64,000 nucleotides of DNA from Octopus bimaculoides (taxonomy: Eukaryota), in contig NC_068983.1 of the NCBI RefSeq assembly GCF_001194135.2, positions 75,255,096 through 75,319,095 on the forward strand, written 5' to 3'. Position 1 is the first letter of the stretch, and every line of letters starts with the position of its first letter. This document shows, in pieces, positions 28,014 to 39,662 of this stretch. The notes under the pieces are model-generated. The model was not told the DNA's origin. It did no database searches and was given only the letters and a program-made list of their open reading frames with translations. Made by a program: the position numbers and the translations under genes.

Positions 28014-28085
28014 CAGCAGTTCCCAACCCTTTTTGCACCATGGACCAGTTTCATGCAGGACAATTTTTTCATAGATATGAGTCCA
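28014..28085 (+). mobile_element. hAT MITE left end
   Basis: CAGCAGTTCCCAACCCTTTTTG is a typical hAT/Charlie-like terminus. A hAT-like right end (CAGTTTGGGGACCCCTG) lies at about 29272-29288, and another left end starts at 43864. Confidence 0.5.
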
Positions 28086-28547
28086 AGAAAAACACAAAGT
28101 GCATATGTAATTTAATTATTACAAATATAATGCAAATGCACTTATTATATTGTATATTATACACTTATTTCTACTATTATTACATTGTAATATATATATA
28201 TATATAAAATACAAATAATATGTGAGTATATGCATATACTGGGGGGTAAGCAAGGGCATGCTCCCCCATAGAAAGCCCAGCTCAAAAAAAGCCTCATGAT
28301 AGCTAAGGAGAGTGGGCACCAACCAGCCCAAAGGTTGGGCTGGGCTGCACCTTCCTACCTCAGTTGCTATGGCATTGAGGTAGATCTGGCCACCCTTGTT
28401 AACACGGACAAAACCTGGATTTAAAACACTGGATGATGGTTATATATATATATATATATAACGTACAGTTCCATGATAGAAAGATCAACACAAAAAGTAC
28501 TCCATCTGGTGAGAGATAAATACTATTTTTATTTAAAAGACACAACA

Positions 28548-28623
28548 CATGTCTTTAAGTGCTACTAATAGTTTCATATGTTGAGAAATATCTCTTGCAT
28601 ATTCATCAGGCACAAACCACATG
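28548..28623 (-). ncRNA. Type I hammerhead ribozyme motif, intact core
   Basis: The minus strand reads GUGC-CUGAUGA-AUAUG(caa GAGA uauu UCUC aa)CAUAU-GAAA-CU auu AG-UA/GCAC. Positions: stem I GUGC/GCAC (28613-28610 with 28562-28559), CUGAUGA 28609-28603, 5-bp stem II plus inner hairpin, GAAA 28575-28572, 3-bp stem III, GUA cleavage triplet (predicted cut between 28563 and 28562). Stem I extends through a UU bulge (UUU/AAA, then CAUGU/ACAUG). Confidence 0.85.
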
Positions 28624-29169
28624 GCTTGTGCCTGCTGAATATGTTTGAAAAGAGGATTTTGTTCTTTAATTTCCCAAGGCTTTATGTATGTTAATTAAAG
28701 AAATACTTGTTTTTATTATATTTTAATATATGGACTTACTGTTTTACTATTAGTAGCACTTAAAGACATTTATTGTGTCCTTTAAATAAATAATATGTAT
28801 ATANNNNNNNNNNNNNNNNNNNNNNNNNNNNNNNNNNNNNNNNNNNNNNNNNNNNNNNNNNNNNNNNNNNNNNNNNNNNNNNNNNNNNNNNNNNNNNNNN
28901 NNNNNNNNNNNNNNNNNNNNNNNNNNNNNNNNNNNNNNNNNNNNNNNNNNNNNNNNNNNNNNNNNNNNNNNNNNNNNNNNNNNNNNNNNNNNNNNNNNNN
29001 NNNNNNNNNNNNNNNNNNNNNNNNNNNNNNNNNNNNNNNNNNNNNNNNNNNNNNNNNNNNNNNNNNNNNNNNNNNNNNNNNNNNNNNNNNNNNNNNNNNN
29101 NNNNNNNNNNNNNNNNNNNNNNNNNNNNNNNNNNNNNNNNNNNNNNNNNNNNNNNNNNNNNNNNNNNNN

Positions 29170-29218
<49 letters not shown>

Positions 29219-29524
29219 ACTCAGAATTAAAAAAATTATTCTTTGTGAGGCTGTTTTGGTCTGCAGCCCAACAGTTTGGGGACCCCTGACTAAATACACA
29301 CCCTGCAGAAACACAGAAGACAGGATTATATACTCTGGAAAATTTAAGATGATAACTATGGTATGGCATTCCAGGATTAGCATTAATTGTAGGTTTGTTC
29401 ATTCAAGATTATCAGGAGCTAAACAAGAATCTTACGTTAACCAAGTGAAAACAGGGAAGTTGATAGCAAAAAAAGCTTTCAATCAATTTCTTCCTTTAGC
29501 AATACAAATAAGTTTAAGGTTGTT

Positions 29525-29554
29525 AATAATAATGATAATAATAATAATAATAAC

Positions 29555-29597
<43 letters not shown>
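29525..29597. repeat. (AAT)n microsatellite
   Basis: Direct reading of the sequence. Confidence 0.95.
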
Positions 29598-30029
29598 TAA
29601 TCTATGGAATGAGCTCAGTAGAAATTAAACCTGTTTAAGTGAATTTCTGTCAAAATAATAGGGTAAGATTAAACAAGTAGGTAAAGAAAACAAGAAAATA
29701 AGAAAGGGTTATTAAAGGAACTGGTTTTGTTTCAATTTTTTGTTTCTTCTTAAAAACAAAATCTTTAAACAATAGGTCTTTTTTAATGATTTTTTTTTTT
29801 TTGTATTTTACTGCTAATGTATAGCAGTTCAAGTATTTTAATTCTTCTAAGTTACTACACAAAAACAAGAAGCCTTGATTGCTTTCCAGGTGAATTTGTG
29901 TTGGAAAAATCTGCTAACTATAAAACAAATGCTCTAACAATTCATAGCAATATCATCACTTTAAAGCTAAAAGAAACTACTACAAGACTTTGAAGCATTA
30001 GCTTAAGTTATTCTCCATGAATAAAAACA

Positions 30030-30745
30030 GCTAACAGACTTGAAGTGGGCCTCCTCTTCCTCCTGCAACAACAAAATCACACAAACATGATCTACTATTC
30101 CTCCAATGAAAGTCAACATATTTGAGCTTCTCTTCTTCCAACAAAAGCCAACATATTTGAGCTTCTCCTCCTCCAATGAGAGTATATAAACTTGAGCTAC
30201 TCCTCATCCAATGACAAGAGCATATGAACTTGAGCTGCTCTTAAACAAAAGCCAATGTATTTGAGCTTCTTCTCCTCCTCCAACAAAAACATAAACATGA
30301 GTTACTCCTCCTCCAATGATAAGAACATATGAACTTGAACTGCTCTTTCTCAAAGAAAAGCCAACATATTTGAGCTTCTCCTCCTCCAATGATAAGAACA
30401 TATGAACTTGAGCTGCTCTTTCTCAACGAAAAGCCAACATATTTGAGCTTCTCCTCCTCCAATGATAAGAACATATGAACTTGAGCTGCTCTTTCTCAAA
30501 GAAAAGCCAACATATTTGAGCTTCTCCTCCTCCAATGATAAGAACATATGAACTTGAGCTGCTCTTTCTCAAAGAAAAGCTAACATATTTGAGCTTCTCC
30601 TCCTCCTCCTCCTCCAACAAGAGCATACAAACTTGAGCTACTTCTCATCCAATGATCAACAAATGAACTTGAGTTACTCCTCTTCCTCCACCAACAGCCA
30701 ACAGACTTGAACTGAACCTCTTCAAACAATAACAGACTTAAGCTA
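30030..30745. repeat. Minisatellite with 73-bp higher-order unit built from ~36-bp subunits
   Basis: TGAGCTTCTC recurs at 30371, 30444 and 30517 (period 73). Each unit contains two TTGAGCT.CTC..TC..CAA subunits, and the flanks are degenerate monomers. Confidence 0.9.
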
Positions 30746-31674
30746 GCAATCCTCCCGACTAGAACAAAAGTAAAGGTAAACAACACTGATAACAATGAAA
30801 AGCAGCAACAACAACAAAACAATAGTATTTATTTAAGAATGATTTTGTGTATTTTACTTTGAAAAGAATTCTAATTCCTATTTATTCATTATCTTCCTCT
30901 CATATAATTAATGAGATAAGTCGACTCTTAACTCAATTAAGTGTCACTTTACCTTTGATAAGTAAATTTTTTCAACATGTAAAGATTAATGAATAAAGTT
31001 AATAATACAGCTGCTGTACAAGCAGATGGTCATGATGATGATGATGATGATGATGAGTAATCCCAATTATTTCAGCATGTTCTGACCCATGGCACAAAGG
31101 TTACTTAATTATTTAGGGGAGGAAGGAGCTATGACCCAGTATGCCAGTTATGTGAGGGTTTTTTTGTTTTTTTTTGTTTAGGAGCATCAATGGACAGTCT
31201 AGTGTTTTAGGAAGGTGTTTTTTTAAAAATCCCTTTGTCATTCTCAGGAGAAGGAGCAATATTCATCGCCCAAATGTATTCTGAAAAACAATATTCCTAG
31301 TGTAAGGGATAAAGCTAACTGGATTTGATAGATTAGATTAATATAGTTAATTAGTGATAGAAATGAGGCGGGGGGGGGGGGAACATGAGACAATGCAGTC
31401 CTGGATAAGATAGCAAAGGATTTAGAGGATGAGACAGAGAAAATAAGAGAAAGGGGAATGAAAAGAAGGGAGAAAGGAAGAGGGGGATTCAAAAGTGCAA
31501 CAAGTAGGTTTAGATGGAGAAGAATCAGGTAAAGTTAACAATAAGTTTTTGTTGTTGTTTAGCTCCAGGTCAATCTTGTGCTGTGAGCATGTGTGACATT
31601 TCCTGTGACCATTCTACATTTTTAGAAGGTATATAGAACTATATTGTTCAAATGTGTTCTTATCTCTTTTGAGC

Positions 31675-31901
31675 ATGGCCGTTGCCAGTACTGTGTGACT
31701 GGCCCTCGTGCCGGTGGCATGTAAAAGCACCCACTACACTCTCAGAGTGGTTGGCGTTAGGAAGAGCATCCAGCTGTAGAAACTCTGCCAGATCAGATTG
31801 GAGCCTGGTGCAGCCTTCTGGCTTGCCAGTCCTCAGTCAAATCGTCCAACGCATGCCAGCATGGAAAGCAGACGTTAAATGATGATGATGATGATGATGA
31901 T
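31675..31901 (+). mobile_element. 5'-truncated RTE LINE 3' UTR copy
   Basis: GAGTGGTTGGCGTTAGGAAG.GCATCCAGCTGTAGAAACTCTGCC...GCATGGAAAGCAGACGTTAAA(TGA)n. The same sequence directly follows the RTE ORF stop at 53474. Similar copies lie at about 48755-49070 (+) and on the minus strand at about 5545, 25740, 34630, 40866, 41310, 50995, 56500, 57225 and 58960. Confidence 0.8.
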
Positions 31902-33158
31902 ATAGTCTGTGTGTTTGTGATTTGAGAAAGATTTGACTCTTTATTTTAAATAGAACAAATGACCACCACATATGAGGATCTTTCAGTGGCTCATGTTTTA
32001 TATTTTGTTAAATTTTAGGACAAAAATTATGCAATAGATTTGGTTAAGAGTCTTTCATTAAATTGTGTCCCAACAACCAGATTAATGCGTCAATAGATAA
32101 AAAAAAAAAAAATCAAAGTTGTTTTATGAAACCAGCCTAAATTCACATTATTTTAGAATTTAACACAGGGGTTAGAAATATAAAAACAAATGACTTAAAT
32201 GTGGATGAAGTAGTAGCAGAAGACCAGCAGTGGTGGTGGTGGTGGTGGTGATTGTGATGGTAGCAGCAGCAGCATCAACAGTAAAAATGACACAGACTGG
32301 CACTTAGAAGATGCTGTTGTTGCAGTTGTTTAGCCATCTTTGGTTAACCCATCAATACATCATCATTTTACTTAAACCAGGTGATGGATTAAGGCTATCA
32401 TCCAAGTAGGCCATAACAAGATTTGAACTCAAAATCCAAAGAGCAATAACAAATACCACAAGAAATCCAGTCTGATATTCCTGCAGTTCTGCCACCCCAG
32501 ATTGCCACTTTTTTTTGCCTCCATCATTACTACTACCTCCACCACAAACACACACACCTGAAAATATGAGAGGCAAAGTTGACCCCAGTGGGATCTGGAC
32601 TCAGAGAGCAGAAGGCTGAAAAAAAAAATACTGCAAGTTCTTCACTCTAACAACTCTTGTCAATATGTTGCTTGTTAGATATTAGGGTATGATTTGAGGA
32701 AGATTTAGCTCCAACTACAAGCAGGTTGAGTAATTGCACAGAGCTTTCTCTCAATGGCCCAACTTGATTAATAAAGTTGTTGAAGTCTGATTAATTAGAT
32801 GCTTCTTTTCTTCTTTTTTGCTTTTTTGGGTATTTTTTAACGTGCTTGAATATGCTGCTGCTTAAAAGTCTTGGGTCATCTTTGATAAAAAAGACCTATG
32901 AAAACCTTTCCAGCAGTGATTGAACGTTCCATCTTATTTTTGGACACTATATATATTTTTGAACACTGTATATCTTATTTTTGGATACTGTATATCAAGA
33001 GCTACACTATCCAAAGTGTTTTTCCTCATTTAAGATGGCTTAGCAACCATGCAGAGATGCTTTTGTTGTCTTGTGTTTGATTATTCATATACATAATGGT
33101 TGCAACTCATAGAAGTGTGAAGAAGTTCAATAATGTAAGGTAATACATGCAACTTTAA

Positions 33159-33363
33159 CCCTTTAGCATTCAGATTACTCTGAAATATGTTTATTTATTC
33201 ACATTGTTCTGAATCAATCAAGCATTATCTTGTAGTTTTGAGATTTTCATATGGTAACTTAATCTTTTAGAATGAAATTGTATGGTTGTTGTGGGAGGCC
33301 AGTTTGAACATAAAACTGGTGAAATATTTACGCCAGAATATGGCCAGTTTAAATGCTAAAAAG
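33159..33363 (-). mobile_element. piggyBac-like MITE (family D)
   Basis: TTAA|CCCTTTAGCATTCAG left end and a degenerate ...AAATGCTAAA right end. Related copies lie at about 5099-5540, 27397-27575, 46730-46925 and 54850-55035. Confidence 0.7.
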
Positions 33364-35125
33364 TTACACAGAAAAGTGAATAATTGTTGAAAGATCTCTG
33401 ACATTTATCCTAGAGTCTGTTTTACTTAAAAGTCAGACTATAATTACCTTTATTAAAGTGTTAAATTAATAACTCTGAGAAGTTATTGAGTTCATTATGC
33501 AATAAACTGCATCCATAGCTCCTGTATGATGAACATATTTAATGTACTAAGTCTGCAGTGTTAGACTTCACTGCTGACTAGAAAAAGGTTCTGAGATGAG
33601 GCTGAACTATATAAGTTGAGACTTCACTTATAAAGAGATAAGACAATGCTTGCTACCTTAGATTATTTAAGAAGGTTATAAAAATACTTCATAAAAAGGT
33701 AAAGCCAGCCATAAACCCACCCCTGGCTTCCCCAATAAATTTGTTTTTATAAGCTTATTAATTTGTGTTAATAAAATATGATGTCATAGCTTTTTAATAT
33801 TGGATAACATAGTTTATAACAAGGTTGTTATTGTTTAGCCTCCTATTCAGCCTTGATTGAGCAAATCTATGACTAAGAGCATTCTACCTATGATTATCCT
33901 GTCTTTTTACATGTTAGGGACACCACCATCTCAACCAGAATTTTTATGGCCCCTGAGGGACAATATGAAAATTGGGAATCCACATAACAAAATAGAAAAT
34001 TGGGGATCCACAAGAGTATTTTCAGAGCCCTTGAAAACATTTTGCTCTGGATGTATGTATTAGTATGTATTGCAAGAAAAAGCTAGGTTTCTTTCTCTAA
34101 CATTTTACATAGTTCAACCTACACAAGTTAATGTATGGAAAACAAAATATACATGGATAATATTATAATCCCTTACAAAAACTTTTTTCCAAATTTTAAG
34201 CCACCAAAATTAGGGGGTTCCTCATACACATTAAAATACAGTATACAACATCCATTTTTCCATGCTTGCATGGGCCAGAGTTAATTTGATGCAAATTTTC
34301 TATGGTTGAATACCCCTCCTATCACCAACCCTCACCTGTTTCCAGGCAAGATAATATTTCCCCATGGCCAGACATGTTCTTGCAGAATATTGGAAATGAG
34401 TGATACTGCTTGTGTGACAGTGACACACATTTACAACACACAATGTCATACACACACACACACACACACGTTCCTTTCAGTTTCTGTCAACTAAATCCAT
34501 TCTAAAGGCTTTAGTTAGCTCAAGGATAGTAGAAGTCTCTTTCTTGCCCAAGGGACCATGCACAATATGGTTGGGATGCAAACTTCTTACCACACAGCCA
34601 AATTTGCACCAATATACATGAACATACACACAACTGTTATCATCATCATCATCATTTAATGTCCATGTTCCACACTGGCATTGGATGGATGGTTTGACAG
34701 GATGCAAAGACTGCATTATGCTCCAGTGTCTGCTTTGGCATGGCTTCTACTGCTGGATGCCAAACACGTTACAGCATAAACTGGGTGCTTTCCTCATGCC
34801 ACCTACACTAGTGAGGCCACCATGCAGCTCACAAGTCTAGAAAACTTGTCAGAAGGGGCTTTATTCTAACTGATGAGGATTAAGTACGAGAGAAGAGGAT
34901 GGGGAAAAGTAGGTTCTTGTTATACAGAAGTTACGTGGCTACTCATATTTAGGAATACACACACAACACACATGGTTGTGTGGTAAGAAGCTTGTTTCCC
35001 AACTACATGGGTCCAGGTTCAGTCCCTCTACATGGTACCTTGGGCAAATGTTTTCTACTATGGCCTCAGGCAGACCAAAGCCTTGTGAGTGACTTTGGTA
35101 GACAGAAACTGAAAGACACCCATTT

Positions 35126-35156
<31 letters not shown>

Positions 35157-35157
35157 G

Positions 35158-35219
<62 letters not shown>

Positions 35220-36957
35220 GACAGAGATCTGTCTCTGTGTATCTTTGTCCTTGGGTGTATCCCCCACCACTGTTTGACAACCAGTGTTGATGTGTTTATG
35301 TCCCTGTAATATAGCAGTTCAGCAAAAGAAACTGATAGAATAAGTACAGAAAAATTCAGAATACCTGAAACATGTATAACATAGATAACTTTACAGCTAT
35401 TTATTTGAAAGCCTTTAACTGTAGGGATTAAACTGGGGGGGGGGTCCTTTTCTGATTACTCAGAAAATAAGATATTTTCACATCACTTCAAACTCCACAG
35501 CAAAAATACCCTTCAACAATAACTACAGAGTGATCCACATCATACTTCCAAAAACATTTTAATGAACCTTTATCCATAGTAGATGGTTCTAGCAACCCTA
35601 AAATTTAATGTTCTACTCAAATTGCAAGAGTCATTTTTACTTTCACATACCTTTACAAATATTAAATTTCCAGCCAGTAAACCAAATCTGGTTTTCTTTA
35701 GAAATATCCACTGATTACTGGAGGTTAGAGCTTTTCAGTTGCCTCATTGTATGAAAGAATATACTACAGCTGCATTGAAAGCTGATATTAATCTTATCCA
35801 AAGACAGACTAATATCTTCTTTTATCTTTTGTATCTTTATATTAACCCTTCTTCCACTTCTCAGTTGGCTTCTTAAAAACTTGCTAGCACTGTACCATAC
35901 CATTCCTTACTAAAACCATCTCTTCTCTTATAATCACTATTGCATGTTCAAAAGTTTGACTCATCCTGATAATAGAACAGGCACATTCCAGTGTTGAAAA
36001 ACGTTTTAGTTCTTCTATTGTTTGCTACTAGCATTATGAACCCAACAACAGAAACTCTACCTGAATCTTAGACTGCTTGAAGTAAGAGCTAAATTTCTTT
36101 CAAATCACATACTACTTGTCTTAAAAGAAAACCACATTGGACAATGTAATTCTAGGTATACAAAAAGAAAGAATAGTAATGGTCAGAATGCTCAAGGGTG
36201 ACCGGAGGCAAAAATTACTACTACTATTACTACCACCACCACCACCACCACCACCACCAAGAGCAAACATGGTTTTAAACTACCACCACCACCCAGTCAG
36301 CTTTGAGGTTAGTAAGTTCATTTATCACCTTTGAGGGCTGTGGAAGACTATTTGCTAAGGTTATGAGGAGGGAGGAGAAAGAAAAACAATGATGTGTCTG
36401 ATCAGGCAAAAGGGAGATAGGAAGCCTTTTTTTCACAGACTCCCAGAAGGGTTACAGGAGTGAAAGGAGGTAGGTTAATAAGTATAATGTACTGTTAACA
36501 ATAAATAGCAGGCTCCACAGTCTGCCTAGGTTGTACACATGATGCCTATTAAAACAGATAACATGTGAACTGGAAGGGAAATAAGGGAGTGAGAAGCAGG
36601 GGTGAAGTAGAAGAGTTTTTGTTTTTTTTTTCTAATGGAAGTGGGAGGATTGTAAGAAAGACAGTCAGACAAAGGTAGGAGGAAAGTGTGAATTTGGAGA
36701 GAATACAGAGGCCAGAGGGGTGGATAAGTAGGCAAAAGCCTGTCTGTCATTGGAAAACATACAAGTGCCAGTCAATATAACTTTTACATTGTGCAAACAC
36801 ACACACACACACACATGAAGGCACATGCCTAAATACACATGCACACCTACACACTAATATATAGGTTTTTAACCAAATAAGGTGGGTCGGGTCTCTGGAT
36901 AATAAGGATTCAGTTGTTCAATCATCAAAATAACCTACTCCCAAATTAAAAGTTTAA

Positions 36958-37177
36958 CCTTTTAGCCTTCAAACCAGCCATATTCAGCCAAAATATTCAA
37001 CCTGCTCTATACTGAAACTGGCCAGATCTGGCATTTCACCTCACCCCTGCAATGTCATTCTAAAACTAAGCAATCACATCATTGAAATCTCTGAACTACA
37101 AGATAATGCATGATTAATTTAAAACAATATAAATAAACAGACATTACATTTGACAGAATAATCTGAATGCTAAAGGG
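36958..37177 (+). mobile_element. piggyBac-like MITE (family D)
   Basis: Flanked by TTAA at 36954-57 and 37178-81, with short TIRs CC(T/C)TTTAGC...GCTAAAGGG. Confidence 0.8.
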
Positions 37178-37778
37178 TTAAAGATACACCACAGACAGGT
37201 GTACCCTAAATATAATTCTCATGTTGACCTTTTGAAGTACATGTACAATCCACCTGACAGGCTTCTGTACAGTTTCTGTCTACCCAGTTTCACTCATTAG
37301 GCATGGGCTGACCCAAAGCTAAAGAAAATAATGACATTTTCCCAAGATGCTCTGCAGTGGGATTGAACTTGGGCCTCATCACAGGTAAATTAAATGTCCA
37401 TAGGAATTTTTGCATGCTTAAGATAAGAGTTCCCATAATTGAATCTTGAAAAATTAGAGAAATTCTAAACAACAGGTTTCAAAGTAAACCTAAGGAAAGA
37501 AGTTTTGATTGAGAGAAACGAAGACAGAGTGCAACTGCTATCTAACATCTATTAAGTCATGTGCAATATGCAGAAAAGCAGCATAAATTCTATGTGGTGT
37601 ATGCAATGTAAACTATGGGTGCACAAGACATGCACTTAGGTCACAATCAAACCAACTGAGAAAAAGGATTACGCACCCGTGATACCAATTCTTTCAAATG
37701 CTCAGAGATCTCTAGATATAATTGATCATTCTTGTTTTCTATACAGCTTAATTAGCAGTGAAGGAGGTTGTATAGAAA

Positions 37779-37815
<37 letters not shown>

Positions 37816-37829
37816 ATGCGTGCATGTGT

Positions 37830-38345
37830 GCGTTGCCTTGACTGTCAACACAATCCATAAGGATGTAATGGAAAAAGTTCAGGGAGCAATTGGTTCTGCA
37901 GGTAACAAAGGGGTCTTTGTTGAACAAGAAGATTGTATGATGCATGCATACAAAGTGTGGATGTTGTATAGTAGTGAAATGTGGGTACTGAACAGGAAGA
38001 TGGAAAGAAACAAAGAGTGCATGCTTTGTTGGATGCATAGTGTTAATTATGCATGTATGAAATGCACATACAAACCCATGAAAAAGGTTAAGTAGAAGAG
38101 AAACTTCTTTCCTTACTAGACAGCAGACTGAGCTTATACAAACATGATGTATATGAAAGCTGACAAGTGGGTAAAGAAGCGCTAAGCAATCCAAGGGAAA
38201 GAAGCTTGCAAGAGGAGATCAAAGAAGACAAAGGAAGAAATAAAGAAAGCTAATCTCAGGAAGCTGGACAAAGATGACAAAGGACTGTAACAAGTGGAAA
38301 GATGCTATACTGAAGAAGATTCATGGAATTCATGTAAGCATGAAG
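37830..38345 (+). mobile_element. Highly decayed RTE LINE 3' coding region
   Basis: Translation MLYSSEMWVLNRKMERNKECMLCWMHSV resembles RTE LYGSETW...ER.EM.MLRWM.GV. The downstream sequence resembles the GRP.KTW region. Confidence 0.6.
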
Positions 38346-39269
38346 AAAGAAAAAAAAAAGAGATATAATAATGATGTATTTATTTTAATACATATGCTTT
38401 GTTGTATTTTCATGTCTTAATTAGCTTTACTTTATATATGGAGTTGTAAGTCAGGTACAATGCCAGACAAAAATTTCCTCTAACCAGGCACTGAAACAAT
38501 GCCATTCAATGATTAAAAACTAGTTTTATAGAAACTTCTACAAACTTCTTTCAACACATTTCCTTCATAATGAATTTTGGCACAAGGCTAGTAATTTTTA
38601 GAGGAGGAGTAAGTCAATTACAATACCAATTCTGTCAAATGTCTGATACATGCAGAAAGATGAAAGGCAAAGTCAACCTTAGCAGAATTTGAACTCAAAA
38701 TGTAAATGAATTGGAAGAAATACTGCAAAGCTTTTTGTTCAACTCTCTAGTAGTTCTGCCAGCTCACTGCCTTTACTGCCCTTATAATGAATAACAATAA
38801 TAATGTTGTATTTATAGGGTCAAAATATTTTAGGGAAAAAGTTGTTCCCAAATCATTTCTGGTTAAGTAGAACTAATAATGCCGAAGGGAGTTAATTATA
38901 GGAGTACATACAAGGTATGTTTGCCGCACATATTAAAATATTAGACAAAATTGTTTTTAATTTTTGCACAGGGCTATGAATTTGAAGCAGGAGAGGTGCA
39001 TTTTTTTTTATTCTTTTACTTGTTTCAGTCATTTGACAGCAGCCATGAGCACCACCTTGAGGGGTTTTAGTTGAACAAATCAACCCCAAGACTTTCTTTT
39101 CTTTTCAAGCCTAGTACTAATTGTATCAGCTCTTTTGCTGAACCACCAAGTTATGGGAATGTAAACACACCAACACCAATTGTCATGCAGTAATGGAGGA
39201 CAAACAGACGCAAAGACAGACACATAATATATATATATATATATATTATGTGTCTGTCTTATATATATA

Positions 39270-39662
39270 TACTCTTTTACTTGTTTCAGTCATTTGACTG
39301 CGGCCATGCTGGAGCACCGCCTTTAGTCGAGGAAATCGACCCCAGGACTTATTCTTATGTAAGCCTAGTACTTATTCTATCGGTCTCTTTTTGCCGAACC
39401 ACTAAGTTACGGGGACGTAAACACACCAGCATCGGTTGTCAAGCGATGGTGGGGGGACAAATACAGACACACAAACACACATACATATATACATATATAT
39501 ACGACGGGCTTCTTTCAGTTTCTGTCTACCAAATCCACTCACAAGGCTTTGGTCGGCCCGAGGCTATTGTAGAAGACACTTGCCCAAAGTGCCACGCAGT
39601 GGGACTGAACCCGGAACCATGTGGTTGGTAAGCAAGCTACTTACCACACAGCCACTCCTGCA
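39270..39662 (-). mobile_element. Family A SINE, young full-length copy
   Basis: Near-consensus and CpG-rich. A second older 3' half lies at about 39010-39220. Confidence 0.85.

Noticed and set aside
28355-28383. let-7 related sequence (TGAGGTAG / CTACCTCA)
   Set aside because: Only the 8-nt seed matches, and the rest does not resemble let-7.
28597-28644. Pre-miRNA hairpin
   Set aside because: The loop is very small and the stem short for a canonical precursor. It is better explained as the centre of the inverted duplication of the hammerhead element.
30030-30745. CRISPR-like array or repetitive protein
   Set aside because: The context is eukaryotic, the 'spacers' are themselves repeated and short, there are no cas genes, and the 73-bp period breaks the reading frame.
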